Source of the DNA: Tannockella kyphosi | Lineage (GTDB): Bacteria; Bacillota_I; Bacilli_A; Erysipelotrichales; Coprobacillaceae | DNA: 32,000 nucleotides | NCBI RefSeq assembly: GCF_021054785.1 | Contig: NZ_CP088239.1 | Coordinates: 2,040,001 to 2,072,000 of the forward strand | Direction of reading: 5' to 3' | Shown: in pieces, positions 8,137-20,797 of the stretch | How positions within the stretch are numbered: position 1 is the first letter of the stretch | Layout: every line of letters starts with the position of its first letter | Position numbers and translations under genes: made by a program | Notes under the pieces: model-generated | Seen by the model: only the letters and a program-made list of their open reading frames with translations | The model's database searches: none | Told to the model about the DNA's origin: nothing

Positions 8137-9246
8137 ATGAAATTTAAAATTAAAAGATTAGTTCTTTTAAATGCATTAAGTAAAACAACAAAAGCAGTAT
8201 CTGCTAAAAGTCCTTTACCTTCATTAACAGGTATTAAATTTGAATTAACTCATGATATGTTAAGATTAACAGGTAGTGATTCTGATATAACAATTCAAAC
8301 ATGTATTTATGTTAATGATAATGATTTAGATATTATTGAAACAGGATCTGTTATTTTATCAGCAAGATATATTTTAGATATTGTTCGTAAATTAGATTGT
8401 GAATATATTACAATTGAATTTGTTGATGGTTTATTAACAGCAATTAAAGGATCTTTTAGTAAATTTGAATTAAATGGTACAGATGCTTTAGAATATCCTA
8501 GAATTAATTTAAATAAAACAGGATCATTATTTAAATTAGATGCTACTATTTTAAAAGATATCGTTAGACAAACTAAATTTGCAACAAGCGATAAAGAAAC
8601 AAAACCTTTATTAACAGGTATTAACTTTAAATGTTCTAATCATTTATTAGAATGTGTTGCTACTGATAGTTATCGTTTAGCTAAAAAAGTGGTATCTATT
8701 GATTCTGATATTTCTTTTAATATTACAATTCCTCAAAAAAGTTTAGATGATATTTCTAAAATTATTGATAAAGAAAAAGAAATTGATATTTATGTAAATG
8801 ATCGTAAGATTTTATTTATATTAGATAATACAATTATTCAAACAAGATTAATTGATGGTACTTATTTAGATACTTCTAAATTAATACCAGTAAGTGGACC
8901 TTGTAAATTAGAAATAGATATTAATTATTTAATGAAATCAGTAGAACGTGTTTCATTATTAACAAATGAAATGAATAGTTTAATTAAATTAGATATGTCT
9001 GAAGATTCAGTTATTCTTTCTTCTAAAATTCAAGAAATTGGATCTGTAGATGATAAATTAAATGATAGCTTCTATAGTGGAAATCCTATTTCTATTTCTT
9101 TTAGTAGTAAATATTTAAGTGAAGCAATTCGTTCTTTTACTGTAGAGAAAGTACGTTTATCATTTGATGGTGATATGAAGCCATTTATTATTACATGTTT
9201 AGATACAAATGATGTTATTCAATTAATATTACCTGTACGAACTTAA
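8137..9246 (+). CDS. dnaN: DNA polymerase III beta sliding clamp
   Basis: 369 aa with typical N-terminus MKFKIKRLVLLNALSK and C-terminal LILPVRT. Located after dnaA. A GGAG SD is present. Confidence 0.95.
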   Translation: MKFKIKRLVLLNALSKTTKAVSAKSPLPSLTGIKFELTHDMLRLTGSDSDITIQTCIYVNDNDLDIIETGSVILSARYILDIVRKLDCEYITIEFVDGLLTAIKGSFSKFELNGTDALEYPRINLNKTGSLFKLDATILKDIVRQTKFATSDKETKPLLTGINFKCSNHLLECVATDSYRLAKKVVSIDSDISFNITIPQKSLDDISKIIDKEKEIDIYVNDRKILFILDNTIIQTRLIDGTYLDTSKLIPVSGPCKLEIDINYLMKSVERVSLLTNEMNSLIKLDMSEDSVILSSKIQEIGSVDDKLNDSFYSGNPISISFSSKYLSEAIRSFTVEKVRLSFDGDMKPFIITCLDTNDVIQLILPVRT

Positions 9247-9251
9247 AGAGT

Positions 9252-9292
9252 ATAAATTATCGTTAATTAGCGATAATTTATGCTTTTTTTTT
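9252..9292 (+). terminator. intrinsic terminator after dnaN
   Basis: ATAAATTATCG-ttaattag-CGATAATTTAT (11-bp stem), then gc and T9. Confidence 0.6.
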
Positions 9293-9364
9293 GATTTAAA
9301 GCAAATTAAAGGGGGATATGTCTTTTTTAGTATTTTAATAAATGCTTTTATAAAGGGATTTATT

Positions 9365-9393
9365 TTGTTTTTTAGTAATACCTGTGTTATAAT
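9365..9393 (+). promoter_or_regulatory. candidate extended -10 promoter for yaaA-recF-gyrBA
   Basis: TTGTTT, a 17-nt spacer whose last three bases are TGT, then TATAAT. Confidence 0.45.
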
Positions 9394-9428
9394 ATACAAG
9401 TATATTTATATAAAAAAAGAGGTAATTT

Positions 9429-9634
9429 ATGGAAAAATTTAAAATCAAAGACGAATATATTACTTTAGGACAATTTTTAAAATATTGTAATGCTGTTTCT
9501 AGCGGTGTTGAGGCTAAAGTAGTTATTTTAGAAGGTTATGTGTCAGTAAATGGAGAAGTAGAAAAAAGGAGAGGAAAGAAACTTCGTAGTAATGATCAAA
9601 TAGAATTTGGAAATAAAATTTATTGTATTGAGTA

Positions 9635-9635
<1 letters not shown>
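9429..9635 (+). CDS. yaaA: S4-domain RNA-binding protein YaaA
   Basis: 68 aa, ITLGQFLK...VNGEVEKRRGKKLRSNDQIEF. It holds the conserved position between dnaN and recF, and its stop overlaps the recF start (TAATG). Confidence 0.85.
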
Positions 9636-12636
<3,001 letters not shown>

Positions 12637-12647
12637 AGGAGAAAAAA

Positions 12648-15095
12648 ATGGAAGATAATAAAATAAGAAAAGTAAAACTAACATCTGAAATGAAAAACTC
12701 TTTTATGGAATATGCGATGTCAGTTATTGTTTCAAGAGCTTTACCAGATGTAAGAGATGGTTTAAAACCAGTACAAAGAAGAATTATTTATGGTATGAAT
12801 GATTTAGGTTGTTATAGCGATAAGCCATATAAAAAGTCTGCTCGTATTGTAGGGGAAGTAATGGGTAAATATCATCCTCATGGAGACTCTTCAATATATG
12901 AAGCATTGGTACGTATGGCACAAGATTTTTCTTATCGTTATATGTTAGTAGATGGTCATGGTAACTTTGGTTCTATTGATGGTGATGGAGCTGCGGCACA
13001 ACGTTATACAGAAGCTCGTATGTCTAAAATATCAATGGAATTAATTCGTGATATTAATAAAGATACTATTGATTATGCTCCTAACTATGATGGAGAAGAA
13101 ACAGAACCAACTGTATTACCAGCTCGTATTCCTAATTTATTAATTAATGGTACGACAGGTATTGCAGTAGGTATGGCAACAAATATGCCTCCTCATAATG
13201 TAGAAGAAGTAATTAATGCTATTATAGCAGTTGCAAAAGATCCTGAAATTACAGTATTAGAATTAATGGAAAATTATATTCAAGGTCCAGACTTTCCTAC
13301 TGGAGGATATATTTTAGGTAAATCAGGTATTAAAAAAGCGTATGAAACAGGAAATGGTTTAGTAATTATGCGTGCTAAAACTGAAATTATTGAAAAGAAT
13401 AATCGTAAAGTTATTATTGTTAGTGAAATTCCTTATCAAGTAAATAAAGCAAGATTAGTGGAGAAAATAGCAAATCTAGCAAGAGATAAAATAGTAGAAG
13501 GTATTAGTGATGTTAGGGATGAATCAAATAGAGAAGGTATTCGTATTGTTATTGAATTAAAAAGAGAAGTACAACCAGAAGTATTATTAAATCAGTTATA
13601 TAAATTAACATCATTACAAACTACTTTTGGTGTTAATAGTATTTCTTTAGTAAATAATGAACCTAAAACATTAACTTTAAAAGAACAAATTAGTTTCTAT
13701 TTAAAACATCAAGAAGAAGTAATTAGAAGAAGAACAATATTTGATTTAAATAAAGCAAAAGATAGAGCTCATATTTTAGAAGGTTTAAAGAAAGCTTTAG
13801 ATATGATTGATGAAATTATAGCTTTAATTAGAAGTAGTAGAACAACAGATATTATTCAACAAAGATTGATGGAAGAATATGATATGTCTGAAAAACAAGC
13901 AAAAGCAATTCGTGAAATGCAATTACAAAGATTAGCTGGTTTAGAAAGACAAAAAATAGAAGATGAATTAAATAGATTAATTGAAATTATTAATGATTTA
14001 CAAGATATTTTAGATAATAAAGAAAGATTATTACAAATTATTGAAGATGAATTAATTGAAATTAAAGATAAGTATGGAGATAATAGAAGAACAGAAATTA
14101 TTCAAGGTACTTTTGATTTAGAAGATGAAGATTTAATTCCTGTAGAAGATATTATTATATCACTTACAAATAATGGATATGTAAAACGTATGTTAATAGA
14201 TACTTATAAGTCTCAAAATAGAGGTGGTAGAGGTATTAAAGGAATGGGTACGAATACAGATGATATTGTAAATAGTTTAATTAGTATGTCTACTCATGAT
14301 GAATTAATGTTCTTTACAAATAAAGGAAAAGTATATCGTTTAAAAGGATATAATATTCCTGAATTTGGTAGAACTGCAAAAGGATTACCTGTTGTTAATT
14401 TATTAAATCTTGATAAAGATGAAATAGTAAAATCAATGATTAGTGTTACAAAAGAAGATAAAGAAACAGAAAATAAGAAATATTTATTCTTTGCAACAAA
14501 AGATGGTATTGTAAAAAGAGTTGATTTATCTGAATTTGATAGTATTCGTCAAACAGGTAAAATAGCAATTAAGTTAAAAGAAAATGATGAATTAGTTGCT
14601 GTTAAACTTACAAATGGAGATGATGAAATATTAATTGCAGCATCGAATGGTAAATTAGTACGTTTCAAAGAAGAAAATGTTCGTCAAATGGGACGTAGTG
14701 CTAGTGGTGTAAGAGGTATTAATGTAGATGGAAGTAACTTAATTGGTATGACTATTGATAAGGAAGGTCCTTATATTATGGTTGTAACTGAAAAAGGTTA
14801 TGGAAAAATGTCTTCTATTGATGAATATCGTATTTCTAATCGTGGTGGTAAAGGTGTTAAAACATTAAATACAACGGATAAGAATGGATCTATTGTTGCT
14901 CTTAGAGCAGTAAATGGAAATGAAGATTTATTAATTATGACAGATGATGGTATTATGATTCGTTTACCTATGGAACAAGTGAAGATGGCTGGTAGAGCTA
15001 CTCAAGGTGTTCGATTAATAAAAGTAAATGATGAAAATAAAGTATCAACAGTAGAAGTAGTTGATAAAGCAGTGGAAGAAGAAATAGAAGAATAA
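12648..15095 (+). CDS. gyrA: DNA gyrase subunit A
   Basis: 815 aa with the active-site region [15 protein letters not shown]-like [15 protein letters not shown], a C-terminal beta-pinwheel with the GyrA-box QNRGGRG, and an acidic tail. Confidence 0.97.
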   Translation: MEDNKIRKVKLTSEMKNSFMEYAMSVIVSRALPDVRDGLKPVQRRIIYGMNDLGCYSDKPYKKSARIVGEVMGKYHPHGDSSIYEALVRMAQDFSYRYMLVDGHGNFGSIDGDGAAAQRYTEARMSKISMELIRDINKDTIDYAPNYDGEETEPTVLPARIPNLLINGTTGIAVGMATNMPPHNVEEVINAIIAVAKDPEITVLELMENYIQGPDFPTGGYILGKSGIKKAYETGNGLVIMRAKTEIIEKNNRKVIIVSEIPYQVNKARLVEKIANLARDKIVEGISDVRDESNREGIRIVIELKREVQPEVLLNQLYKLTSLQTTFGVNSISLVNNEPKTLTLKEQISFYLKHQEEVIRRRTIFDLNKAKDRAHILEGLKKALDMIDEIIALIRSSRTTDIIQQRLMEEYDMSEKQAKAIREMQLQRLAGLERQKIEDELNRLIEIINDLQDILDNKERLLQIIEDELIEIKDKYGDNRRTEIIQGTFDLEDEDLIPVEDIIISLTNNGYVKRMLIDTYKSQNRGGRGIKGMGTNTDDIVNSLISMSTHDELMFFTNKGKVYRLKGYNIPEFGRTAKGLPVVNLLNLDKDEIVKSMISVTKEDKETENKKYLFFATKDGIVKRVDLSEFDSIRQTGKIAIKLKENDELVAVKLTNGDDEILIAASNGKLVRFKEENVRQMGRSASGVRGINVDGSNLIGMTIDKEGPYIMVVTEKGYGKMSSIDEYRISNRGGKGVKTLNTTDKNGSIVALRAVNGNEDLLIMTDDGIMIRLPMEQVKMAGRATQGVRLIKVNDENKVSTVEVVDKAVEEEIEE

Positions 15096-15100
15096 AAGAG

Positions 15101-15128
15101 ACAGGATTATGAAAATAATCCTGTTTTC
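15101..15128 (+). terminator. intrinsic terminator after gyrA
   Basis: ACAGGATTAT-gaaa-ATAATCCTGT (10-bp stem) followed by tttct. The U-tract is short. Confidence 0.5.
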
Positions 15129-15147
15129 TAAGTTATTTATTGTGTAA

Positions 15148-15176
15148 TTGAATAATTATTTTAATTATTGTATAAT
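15148..15176 (+). promoter_or_regulatory. sigma-A type promoter for serS
   Basis: TTGAAT, a 17-nt spacer, then TATAAT with TG immediately upstream. The leader is too short (about 25 nt) for a T-box. Confidence 0.5.
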
Positions 15177-15202
15177 CTATAAAAAGGAAAAGGAGAGATA
15201 AG

Positions 15203-16489
15203 ATGATTGATATAGCAGTATTAAGAGAAAATCCAACACTTGTAAAAGAAAATATGAAAAAGAAATTTCAAGAACATAAAATTGAAATTGTGGATGAAGT
15301 ATATAAATTAGATATTGAATACAGAGATGTTATTACGAAAGCAAGTGATTTAAGAGCAATGCGTAATAAATTAAGTAAAGAAATTGGACAATTTATGCGT
15401 GAAGGAAAAAAAGAAGAAGCAGAAAACAATAAAAAACGTGTAAATGAAATGGCAGAAGAATTAACTGTTTTAGAACAAGAAGAAGTTACAAAAGGTACTC
15501 AATTAAAAGAATTAATGATGAAAATTCCTAATTTTATTGATGATTCAGTACCAATAGGTAAAGATGATAGTGATAATGTAGAAATTAAAAAATATGGAGA
15601 ACCAGTAGTACCTGAATATGAAATTCCTTATCATACACAAATTATGGAATCTGTAAATGGTATTGATATGGATGCTGCAGGTAAAGTTGCAGGAAATGGT
15701 TTCTATTATTTAATGGGAGATATTGCAAGATTACATTCAGGAATTTTATCTTATGCTAGAGATTTTATGATTGATCGTGGATTCACTTATGTTATTCCAC
15801 CATATATGATTCGTAGCAGTGTTGTTACAGGTGTTATGAGTTTTGAAGAAATGGATAGCATGATGTATAAGATTGAGGGAGAAGATTTATATTTAATTGG
15901 TACTAGTGAACATTCAATGATTGGTAAGTTTATTGATACAATGACTGCAGAAGAAAAATTACCTTATACTTATACTTCTTATTCACCTTGTTTTAGAAAA
16001 GAAAAAGGTGCACATGGGATAGAAGAAAGAGGAGTTTATCGTATTCATCAATTTGAAAAACAAGAAATGATTGTTGTTTGTAAACCAGAAGAAAGTAAAA
16101 TATGGTTTGATAAATTATGGCAAAATACAGTTGATCTATTTATAACATTAGATGTACCAGTACGTACATTAGAATGTTGTTCAGGAGATTTAGCTGATTT
16201 AAAATCTAAATCAATAGATGTAGAAGCATGGTCACCAAGACAAAAGAAATATTTTGAAGTAGGTAGTTGTTCTAACTTAACAGATGCTCAAGCAAGAAGA
16301 TTAAATATTCGTGTACAAGGAGAAGATAGTAAATATTTTGCTCATACATTGAATAATACAGTAGTAGCACCACCAAGAATGTTAATAGCGTTCTTAGAAA
16401 ATAATTTAAATGAAGATGGAAGTATTAGTATACCAGAAGCATTAAGACCTTATATGGGGAATATTTCAAAAATCCAAGTAAAAAAATAA
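15203..16489 (+). CDS. serS: seryl-tRNA synthetase
   Basis: 428 aa with an N-terminal coiled-coil arm and class II motifs (FRKEKGAHG, YRIHQFEKQE, GSCSNLTDAQARRLNIR). Confidence 0.95.
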   Translation: MIDIAVLRENPTLVKENMKKKFQEHKIEIVDEVYKLDIEYRDVITKASDLRAMRNKLSKEIGQFMREGKKEEAENNKKRVNEMAEELTVLEQEEVTKGTQLKELMMKIPNFIDDSVPIGKDDSDNVEIKKYGEPVVPEYEIPYHTQIMESVNGIDMDAAGKVAGNGFYYLMGDIARLHSGILSYARDFMIDRGFTYVIPPYMIRSSVVTGVMSFEEMDSMMYKIEGEDLYLIGTSEHSMIGKFIDTMTAEEKLPYTYTSYSPCFRKEKGAHGIEERGVYRIHQFEKQEMIVVCKPEESKIWFDKLWQNTVDLFITLDVPVRTLECCSGDLADLKSKSIDVEAWSPRQKKYFEVGSCSNLTDAQARRLNIRVQGEDSKYFAHTLNNTVVAPPRMLIAFLENNLNEDGSISIPEALRPYMGNISKIQVKK

Positions 16490-16497
16490 AGAATCGA

Positions 16498-16526
16498 TTG
16501 TAATATTTCTATTATTTATGTATAAT
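16498..16526 (+). promoter_or_regulatory. promoter for SRP RNA
   Basis: TTGTAA, a 17-nt spacer, then TATAAT. It ends about 6 nt before the predicted RNA 5' end. Confidence 0.5.
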
Positions 16527-16530
16527 AAAA

Positions 16531-16618
16531 CTTGCCATTACAACAGGCAGCTTCGAACCATGTCAGGACCGGAAGGTAGCAGCATTAAGAAGTGCGTCTG
16601 TGTGTAATGGTTTTTATT
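16531..16618 (+). ncRNA. ffs: small (4.5S-type) signal recognition particle RNA
   Basis: The conserved domain IV core GTCAGGACCGGAAGGTAGCAGC matches the consensus GUCAGGUCCGGAAGGAAGCAGC, with a GGAA tetraloop. The closing helix pairs CCATTACAACAGGC with GTCTGTGTGTAATGG. A T-tract sits at the 3' end. This is the local GC-rich island of the window. Confidence 0.8.
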
Positions 16619-16632
16619 TTAGGAGAAAATAA

Positions 16633-17076
16633 ATGGAACAAGATGAAAAATATATGTTAGAAGCATATAAACAAGCAAAAAAAGCATTAAAACAAGATGA
16701 TGTTCCAGTTGGAGCTATTATTGTAAAAAACAATAAAATAATAGCACGAGCATATAATCAAAGAGAATATAAACAAAGTGTTACTGCACATGCAGAAGTA
16801 CTAGCAATACAAAAAGCATGTAAAAAATTAAATACATGGAGATTAGATGATTGTATTCTTTATTCAACAATGGAACCATGTATTATGTGTTCTGGTGTTA
16901 TTATCCAAAGTAGAATATCAAAAGTAGTATATGGAGCTCATGATACAAGATGGGCATCTCTAAATAAAATAAGTAGCCTAGAAGAAAGCTTAAATCATAT
17001 GCCAATTATTGTAGGAGGTATTTTAGAAGAAAGTTGTTCTAAATTAGTAAAAGAATATTTTAAACAAAAAAGGTAG
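16633..17076 (+). CDS. tadA: tRNA-specific adenosine-34 deaminase TadA
   Basis: 147 aa with CDA zinc motifs HAEVLAI and PCIMCSG. Confidence 0.92.
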   Translation: MEQDEKYMLEAYKQAKKALKQDDVPVGAIIVKNNKIIARAYNQREYKQSVTAHAEVLAIQKACKKLNTWRLDDCILYSTMEPCIMCSGVIIQSRISKVVYGAHDTRWASLNKISSLEESLNHMPIIVGGILEESCSKLVKEYFKQKR

Positions 17077-17157
17077 AAATCCCTTTTTTAAATAGAATGA
17101 AAATTGATTTAAATAACAAAATATGATATTGTTTAAACAAGTGGGAGAGGTATATTT

Positions 17158-17826
17158 ATGAAAAAAATAGGACGAGTATTATTAGTTTTTTGTTTATCGT
17201 TAGGATTAGTAGGTTGTGTGGAAGATGGATCTAATTATGCAACAAAATATGTAAAAGCAATATTAGATACGAGCTATTATAATGATCATGAAATTTATGA
17301 AGAAATTACATTAACAACATCAGATGAAAATGATGAAAATTATGAATTAGGAATTCAAAACAAAGTAGAAGAATTTTTCTATTATTGGGAAATAGAATAT
17401 ATTGATGATGAGATGTATGAAGAAGTTGTCACTATCTATAAAGAATTATATTTACAAGCAAAATATGAAGTTAATGATGCAACGGAAATATCAAGTACAG
17501 AATATGAAGTAATTGTTGATATATATCCGATATCTATTGTAGAAACAATAACAGCAGAAATGACAGAATATGTAACAGTCTTAAATGAAAAATATAGTGA
17601 ATATGATTATACAAACATGTCTAGTGAAGAATATGATGCATTATATATTGCTTATGATAATGAATGGGCGGATGCAATTATTAGTGCTTATCAAGAAAAA
17701 ATAGAAAATATAACATATAATGAAGTAGAAAGTGTTGTTGTATCAGTAAGTGTAGATAGCGATAATATCTATTCTGTGGAAAGTAGTATATTAACAGAAA
17801 TAGATTCTTATATTGTTGCTTATTAA
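17158..17826 (+). CDS. putative lipoprotein, acidic and Tyr-rich, uncharacterised family (paralog of 5528..6196)
   Basis: 222 aa with signal peptide plus lipobox LGLVGCV. It shares strings with the paralog, including YVKAILD, FFYYWEIEY, IYKELYL.AKYEVN, YDYT.MS.EEYD, IAYDNEWA and EID.YI. A GGGAGAGG SD is present. Confidence 0.75.
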   Translation: MKKIGRVLLVFCLSLGLVGCVEDGSNYATKYVKAILDTSYYNDHEIYEEITLTTSDENDENYELGIQNKVEEFFYYWEIEYIDDEMYEEVVTIYKELYLQAKYEVNDATEISSTEYEVIVDIYPISIVETITAEMTEYVTVLNEKYSEYDYTNMSSEEYDALYIAYDNEWADAIISAYQEKIENITYNEVESVVVSVSVDSDNIYSVESSILTEIDSYIVAY

Positions 17827-17908
17827 AATTTTATTTATGATTAGTTTCTTGATTGTTTAATAAGAAAAGCGTATCATGTTTAATAAGAAAATAAATGGGG
17901 GTATAAAA

Positions 17909-18316
17909 ATGAAAATATTAATCGTAATAATAGTATTGATTGTAGGTGGGGGATATTATTTTTATCAAAATACTGTGAAACCAACAATTGATGAAAATGA
18001 ATATATCCAATTAGCGTTAGAAGCATTAGAATCAGCTGATTTTAGTGAAGCAGAAGAATTACTAAGTCAAGCTTATGAATTATCAAAAGAAATACCTTTT
18101 GATGAATTATATGCAATGTATGAAGATGGTAGTGCTGAAGAACAATTAACAGATGCATTAAGTGCATTAGAAGATGTAAAAGATAGTATGGATGAAGAAA
18201 AAATTCAAGAAGCTATTGATTTAGTAGAAAGTTTAAAAGAAAAAGTAGATGATAGTTCTTTATTAGAAGATATTAGTGAAGAAAGTATTCAAGAAGCTTT
18301 AGAATTAATGGAATAA
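17909..18316 (+). CDS. N-terminally anchored, highly acidic helical protein (hypothetical)
   Basis: I trimmed the start to the ATG at 17909 (MKILIVIIVLIVGGGYYFY), which has a GGGGG SD 7 nt upstream. There is one TM helix, followed by a domain rich in E, D, L, A and S. I recognise no family. Confidence 0.6.
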   Translation: MKILIVIIVLIVGGGYYFYQNTVKPTIDENEYIQLALEALESADFSEAEELLSQAYELSKEIPFDELYAMYEDGSAEEQLTDALSALEDVKDSMDEEKIQEAIDLVESLKEKVDDSSLLEDISEESIQEALELME

Positions 18317-18318
18317 TT

Positions 18319-18348
18319 AAGACTTAGAGTATCTAAGTCTTTTTTTTT
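18319..18348 (+). terminator. intrinsic terminator
   Basis: AAGACTTAG-agtat-CTAAGTCTT (9-bp stem) followed by a run of T. Confidence 0.7.
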
Positions 18349-18377
18349 ATTGTATAATAGAGAAAGGAGTTGATAAC

Positions 18378-20111
18378 ATGACATATAAAGCACTATACAG
18401 ATCTTATCGACCACAAAAATTTGATGATGTGGTTGGACAACAACATATTGTAAAAACATTACAAAATGCAATACGAAATGATAAAATAAGCCATGCTTAT
18501 TTATTTTCAGGTCCTCGTGGAACTGGAAAAACAACAATAGCGAAATTATTAGCAAAAGCATTATTATGCCAAGAAGAAAATAAACCATGTGGTCAATGTG
18601 TTGATTGTAATGAAATTAGAGATGGACAACATCCTGATGTTATTGAAATTGATGCAGCAAGTAATAATGGAGTAGGAGAAGTAAGAGAATTAATAGATAA
18701 AGTAAAATATGCGCCTATTCAAGGAAAATATAAAGTATATATAATAGATGAAGTTCATATGATGACACCAGAAGCTAGTAATGCTTTATTAAAAACATTA
18801 GAAGAACCACCAAAACATGCTATATTTATTTTTGCTACAACAGAAATACATAAAATATTATCAACCATTATCTCTAGATGTCAGCGTTTTGATTTTACAA
18901 AAGTAGAAGATGTAGATATTATTCAACGCTTAACTTATGTTTTAGATAGTGAAAATAGAAAATATGAAAAAGCAGCTCTACCTTTGATTGCAAAATTATC
19001 AGATGGTGGTATGCGTGATGCCCTAAGTGTCTTAGAACAATGTCTAGCATATCAAAATGAACTTACAGAAAAATCAGTATTAGAAGTTTATGGATTATTA
19101 TCGATGGAACAAAAAATTAATTTCTTATTAAAAATATTCCATAAAGATATGAAAGAAGTATTAAGACTTTTAGAAGAAATGTTAGCTAGTGGTATTGATA
19201 TTAAGAGATTTACCTATGATTTAATAGATATATTAAAAGATATTGTTATTTATAAAAATACAAATGATGTATCTATATTATTTGTTTTAAATAAACAAGA
19301 TGTTGATATGATTGTTCCTTATATAACAGTAGAAGAAACATTTATGATGATTGATCAATTCTTAGAAGCTTGTAGGCAATATACATTATCATTAGATGCA
19401 AAGACATATTTTGAATTAGCAGTATTAAAAATATGTAATAATGTAAAACAAGATACGAAAGAAATAGTGATTGATAGAAAACCAATAATAGAAGCTACAC
19501 CAATTATTAAAAAAGAAGTAGAAATAATAAAAGAAGAACCAACAATTATTATTGAAGAACCTACTATCCTTGTTGAACAAGTTGAAATAAAAGAACCAGA
19601 ACCAACACAAAAACAACAAGAAGTAGTAATTATTGATAAAAAAGATATATTAAATATATTAGTACAAGCAAATAAAGAATCATTAACTTTAATGAAAAGT
19701 AAATGGTCTATTATAGAAAGATATGAATTAAACGCTATTACATGCAAAGCTGCAATAAACCTAAAAACAGCAACACCAGTTGCTGCATGTAAAGAAGCAG
19801 TAATTATTATGTATGATGATAAAGTAATGGCAGATATAGTAAATGATAATGATGAATATAAATTTTATAAAGAGTTATTATTAAAAATATATAACCAACC
19901 AATTGAATGTATTGCTTTATCAAAAGAAGAATGGCAAGAAGTACGAAATCAATATGTCCAACTTAGAAATGAAAACAAACTACCAGAACCTAAAAAAATA
20001 CAAGAAAACTTTGGTAGAAAAGAAAATGTATTAGAAAAATCAAAACTAACAAAAGCACAACAAAAAGCTTTGGATCTTTTTGGTGAAGATATTGTTGATT
20101 TTGAAGAATAG
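18378..20111 (+). CDS. dnaX: DNA polymerase III subunit tau (DnaX)
   Basis: 577 aa with AAA+ Walker A GPRGTGKTT, a Zn module CQEENKPCGQCVDC, DEVHM, and SRC (SRCQRF). A low-complexity E/I/P/T linker sits at about aa 370-415. Confidence 0.95.
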   Translation: MTYKALYRSYRPQKFDDVVGQQHIVKTLQNAIRNDKISHAYLFSGPRGTGKTTIAKLLAKALLCQEENKPCGQCVDCNEIRDGQHPDVIEIDAASNNGVGEVRELIDKVKYAPIQGKYKVYIIDEVHMMTPEASNALLKTLEEPPKHAIFIFATTEIHKILSTIISRCQRFDFTKVEDVDIIQRLTYVLDSENRKYEKAALPLIAKLSDGGMRDALSVLEQCLAYQNELTEKSVLEVYGLLSMEQKINFLLKIFHKDMKEVLRLLEEMLASGIDIKRFTYDLIDILKDIVIYKNTNDVSILFVLNKQDVDMIVPYITVEETFMMIDQFLEACRQYTLSLDAKTYFELAVLKICNNVKQDTKEIVIDRKPIIEATPIIKKEVEIIKEEPTIIIEEPTILVEQVEIKEPEPTQKQQEVVIIDKKDILNILVQANKESLTLMKSKWSIIERYELNAITCKAAINLKTATPVAACKEAVIIMYDDKVMADIVNDNDEYKFYKELLLKIYNQPIECIALSKEEWQEVRNQYVQLRNENKLPEPKKIQENFGRKENVLEKSKLTKAQQKALDLFGEDIVDFEE

Positions 20112-20119
20112 GAGGTCTT

Positions 20120-20713
20120 ATGAATTATCCAGAATCGTTTGAAAATTTAGTAAACTGTTTTAAAAGACTTCCAGGAATTGGAACCAAGAGTGCAGAGCGT
20201 ATGGCATATCAAATATTAGAAATGGATTCTAAATATGTCCAAGAATTTGGTGATGTTTTAAAAACATTTCAAGATAGTATTCAGTACTGTAAAAAATGTG
20301 GCCATTTATGCCAAGGAGATTATTGTGATATTTGTTTAGATAATTCTAGAGATACAAAAACAATATGTGTTGTAGAAAGTCCAAAAGATGTATATGCAAT
20401 GGAAAAAATAAAAGAATATAAAGGAGTCTATCATGTTATGCATGGAACAATGTCTTTATTAGATGGACGTACTTTAGAAGATTTAAATATTTTAACTCTA
20501 TTTGATCGTATTGATGAAACAACAAAAGAGGTTATTATTGCTACCAATCCAACAAGAGAGGGAGAAACAACAGCATTGTATCTTGCAAAGTTATTAGTTG
20601 CAAAAAATATACCAACAAGTCGTATTGCTAATGGATTACCAATAGGTAGTAATATAGATTATGCTGATGAATTAACATTACTTCGTTCTTTAGAAGGAAG
20701 AAATAAACTCTAA
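20120..20713 (+). CDS. recR: recombination protein RecR
   Basis: 197 aa with HhH LPGIGTKSAERMA, a Cys4 zinc finger CKKCGHL..CDIC, and a Toprim domain. Confidence 0.95.
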   Translation: MNYPESFENLVNCFKRLPGIGTKSAERMAYQILEMDSKYVQEFGDVLKTFQDSIQYCKKCGHLCQGDYCDICLDNSRDTKTICVVESPKDVYAMEKIKEYKGVYHVMHGTMSLLDGRTLEDLNILTLFDRIDETTKEVIIATNPTREGETTALYLAKLLVAKNIPTSRIANGLPIGSNIDYADELTLLRSLEGRNKL

Positions 20714-20738
20714 ACACTTCTTTTGAAGTGTTTTTTTT
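20713..20738 (+). terminator. intrinsic terminator after recR
   Basis: AACACTTC-tttt-GAAGTGTT (8-bp stem) followed by a run of T. Confidence 0.7.
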
Positions 20739-20797
20739 AGAAAGCTTTGTAATAAGCTAACTTTTTCTATATAATAGTAAGGAAGGTAGGTGCTAGA

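Noticed and set aside
9318-9338. Mini-ORF MSFLVF with an AAGGGGGA purine tract just upstream, in the dnaN-yaaA spacer. Considered as a possible leader peptide.
   Set aside because: The SD-to-ATG spacing is too short (about 2 nt). There is no associated alternative hairpin structure, and it lies upstream of the predicted yaaA promoter.
19509-19515. AAAAAAG heptamer in dnaX, resembling the E. coli tau/gamma -1 frameshift site.
   Set aside because: The zero frame here is ATT AAA AAA GAA, not the A_AAA_AAG phasing required for tandem slippage. I saw no obvious downstream stem-loop. Bacillota generally make only tau. The nearby imperfect 18-nt repeat (gaagaaccaacaattatt / gaagaacctactatcctt) just encodes the low-complexity EEPTII linker.
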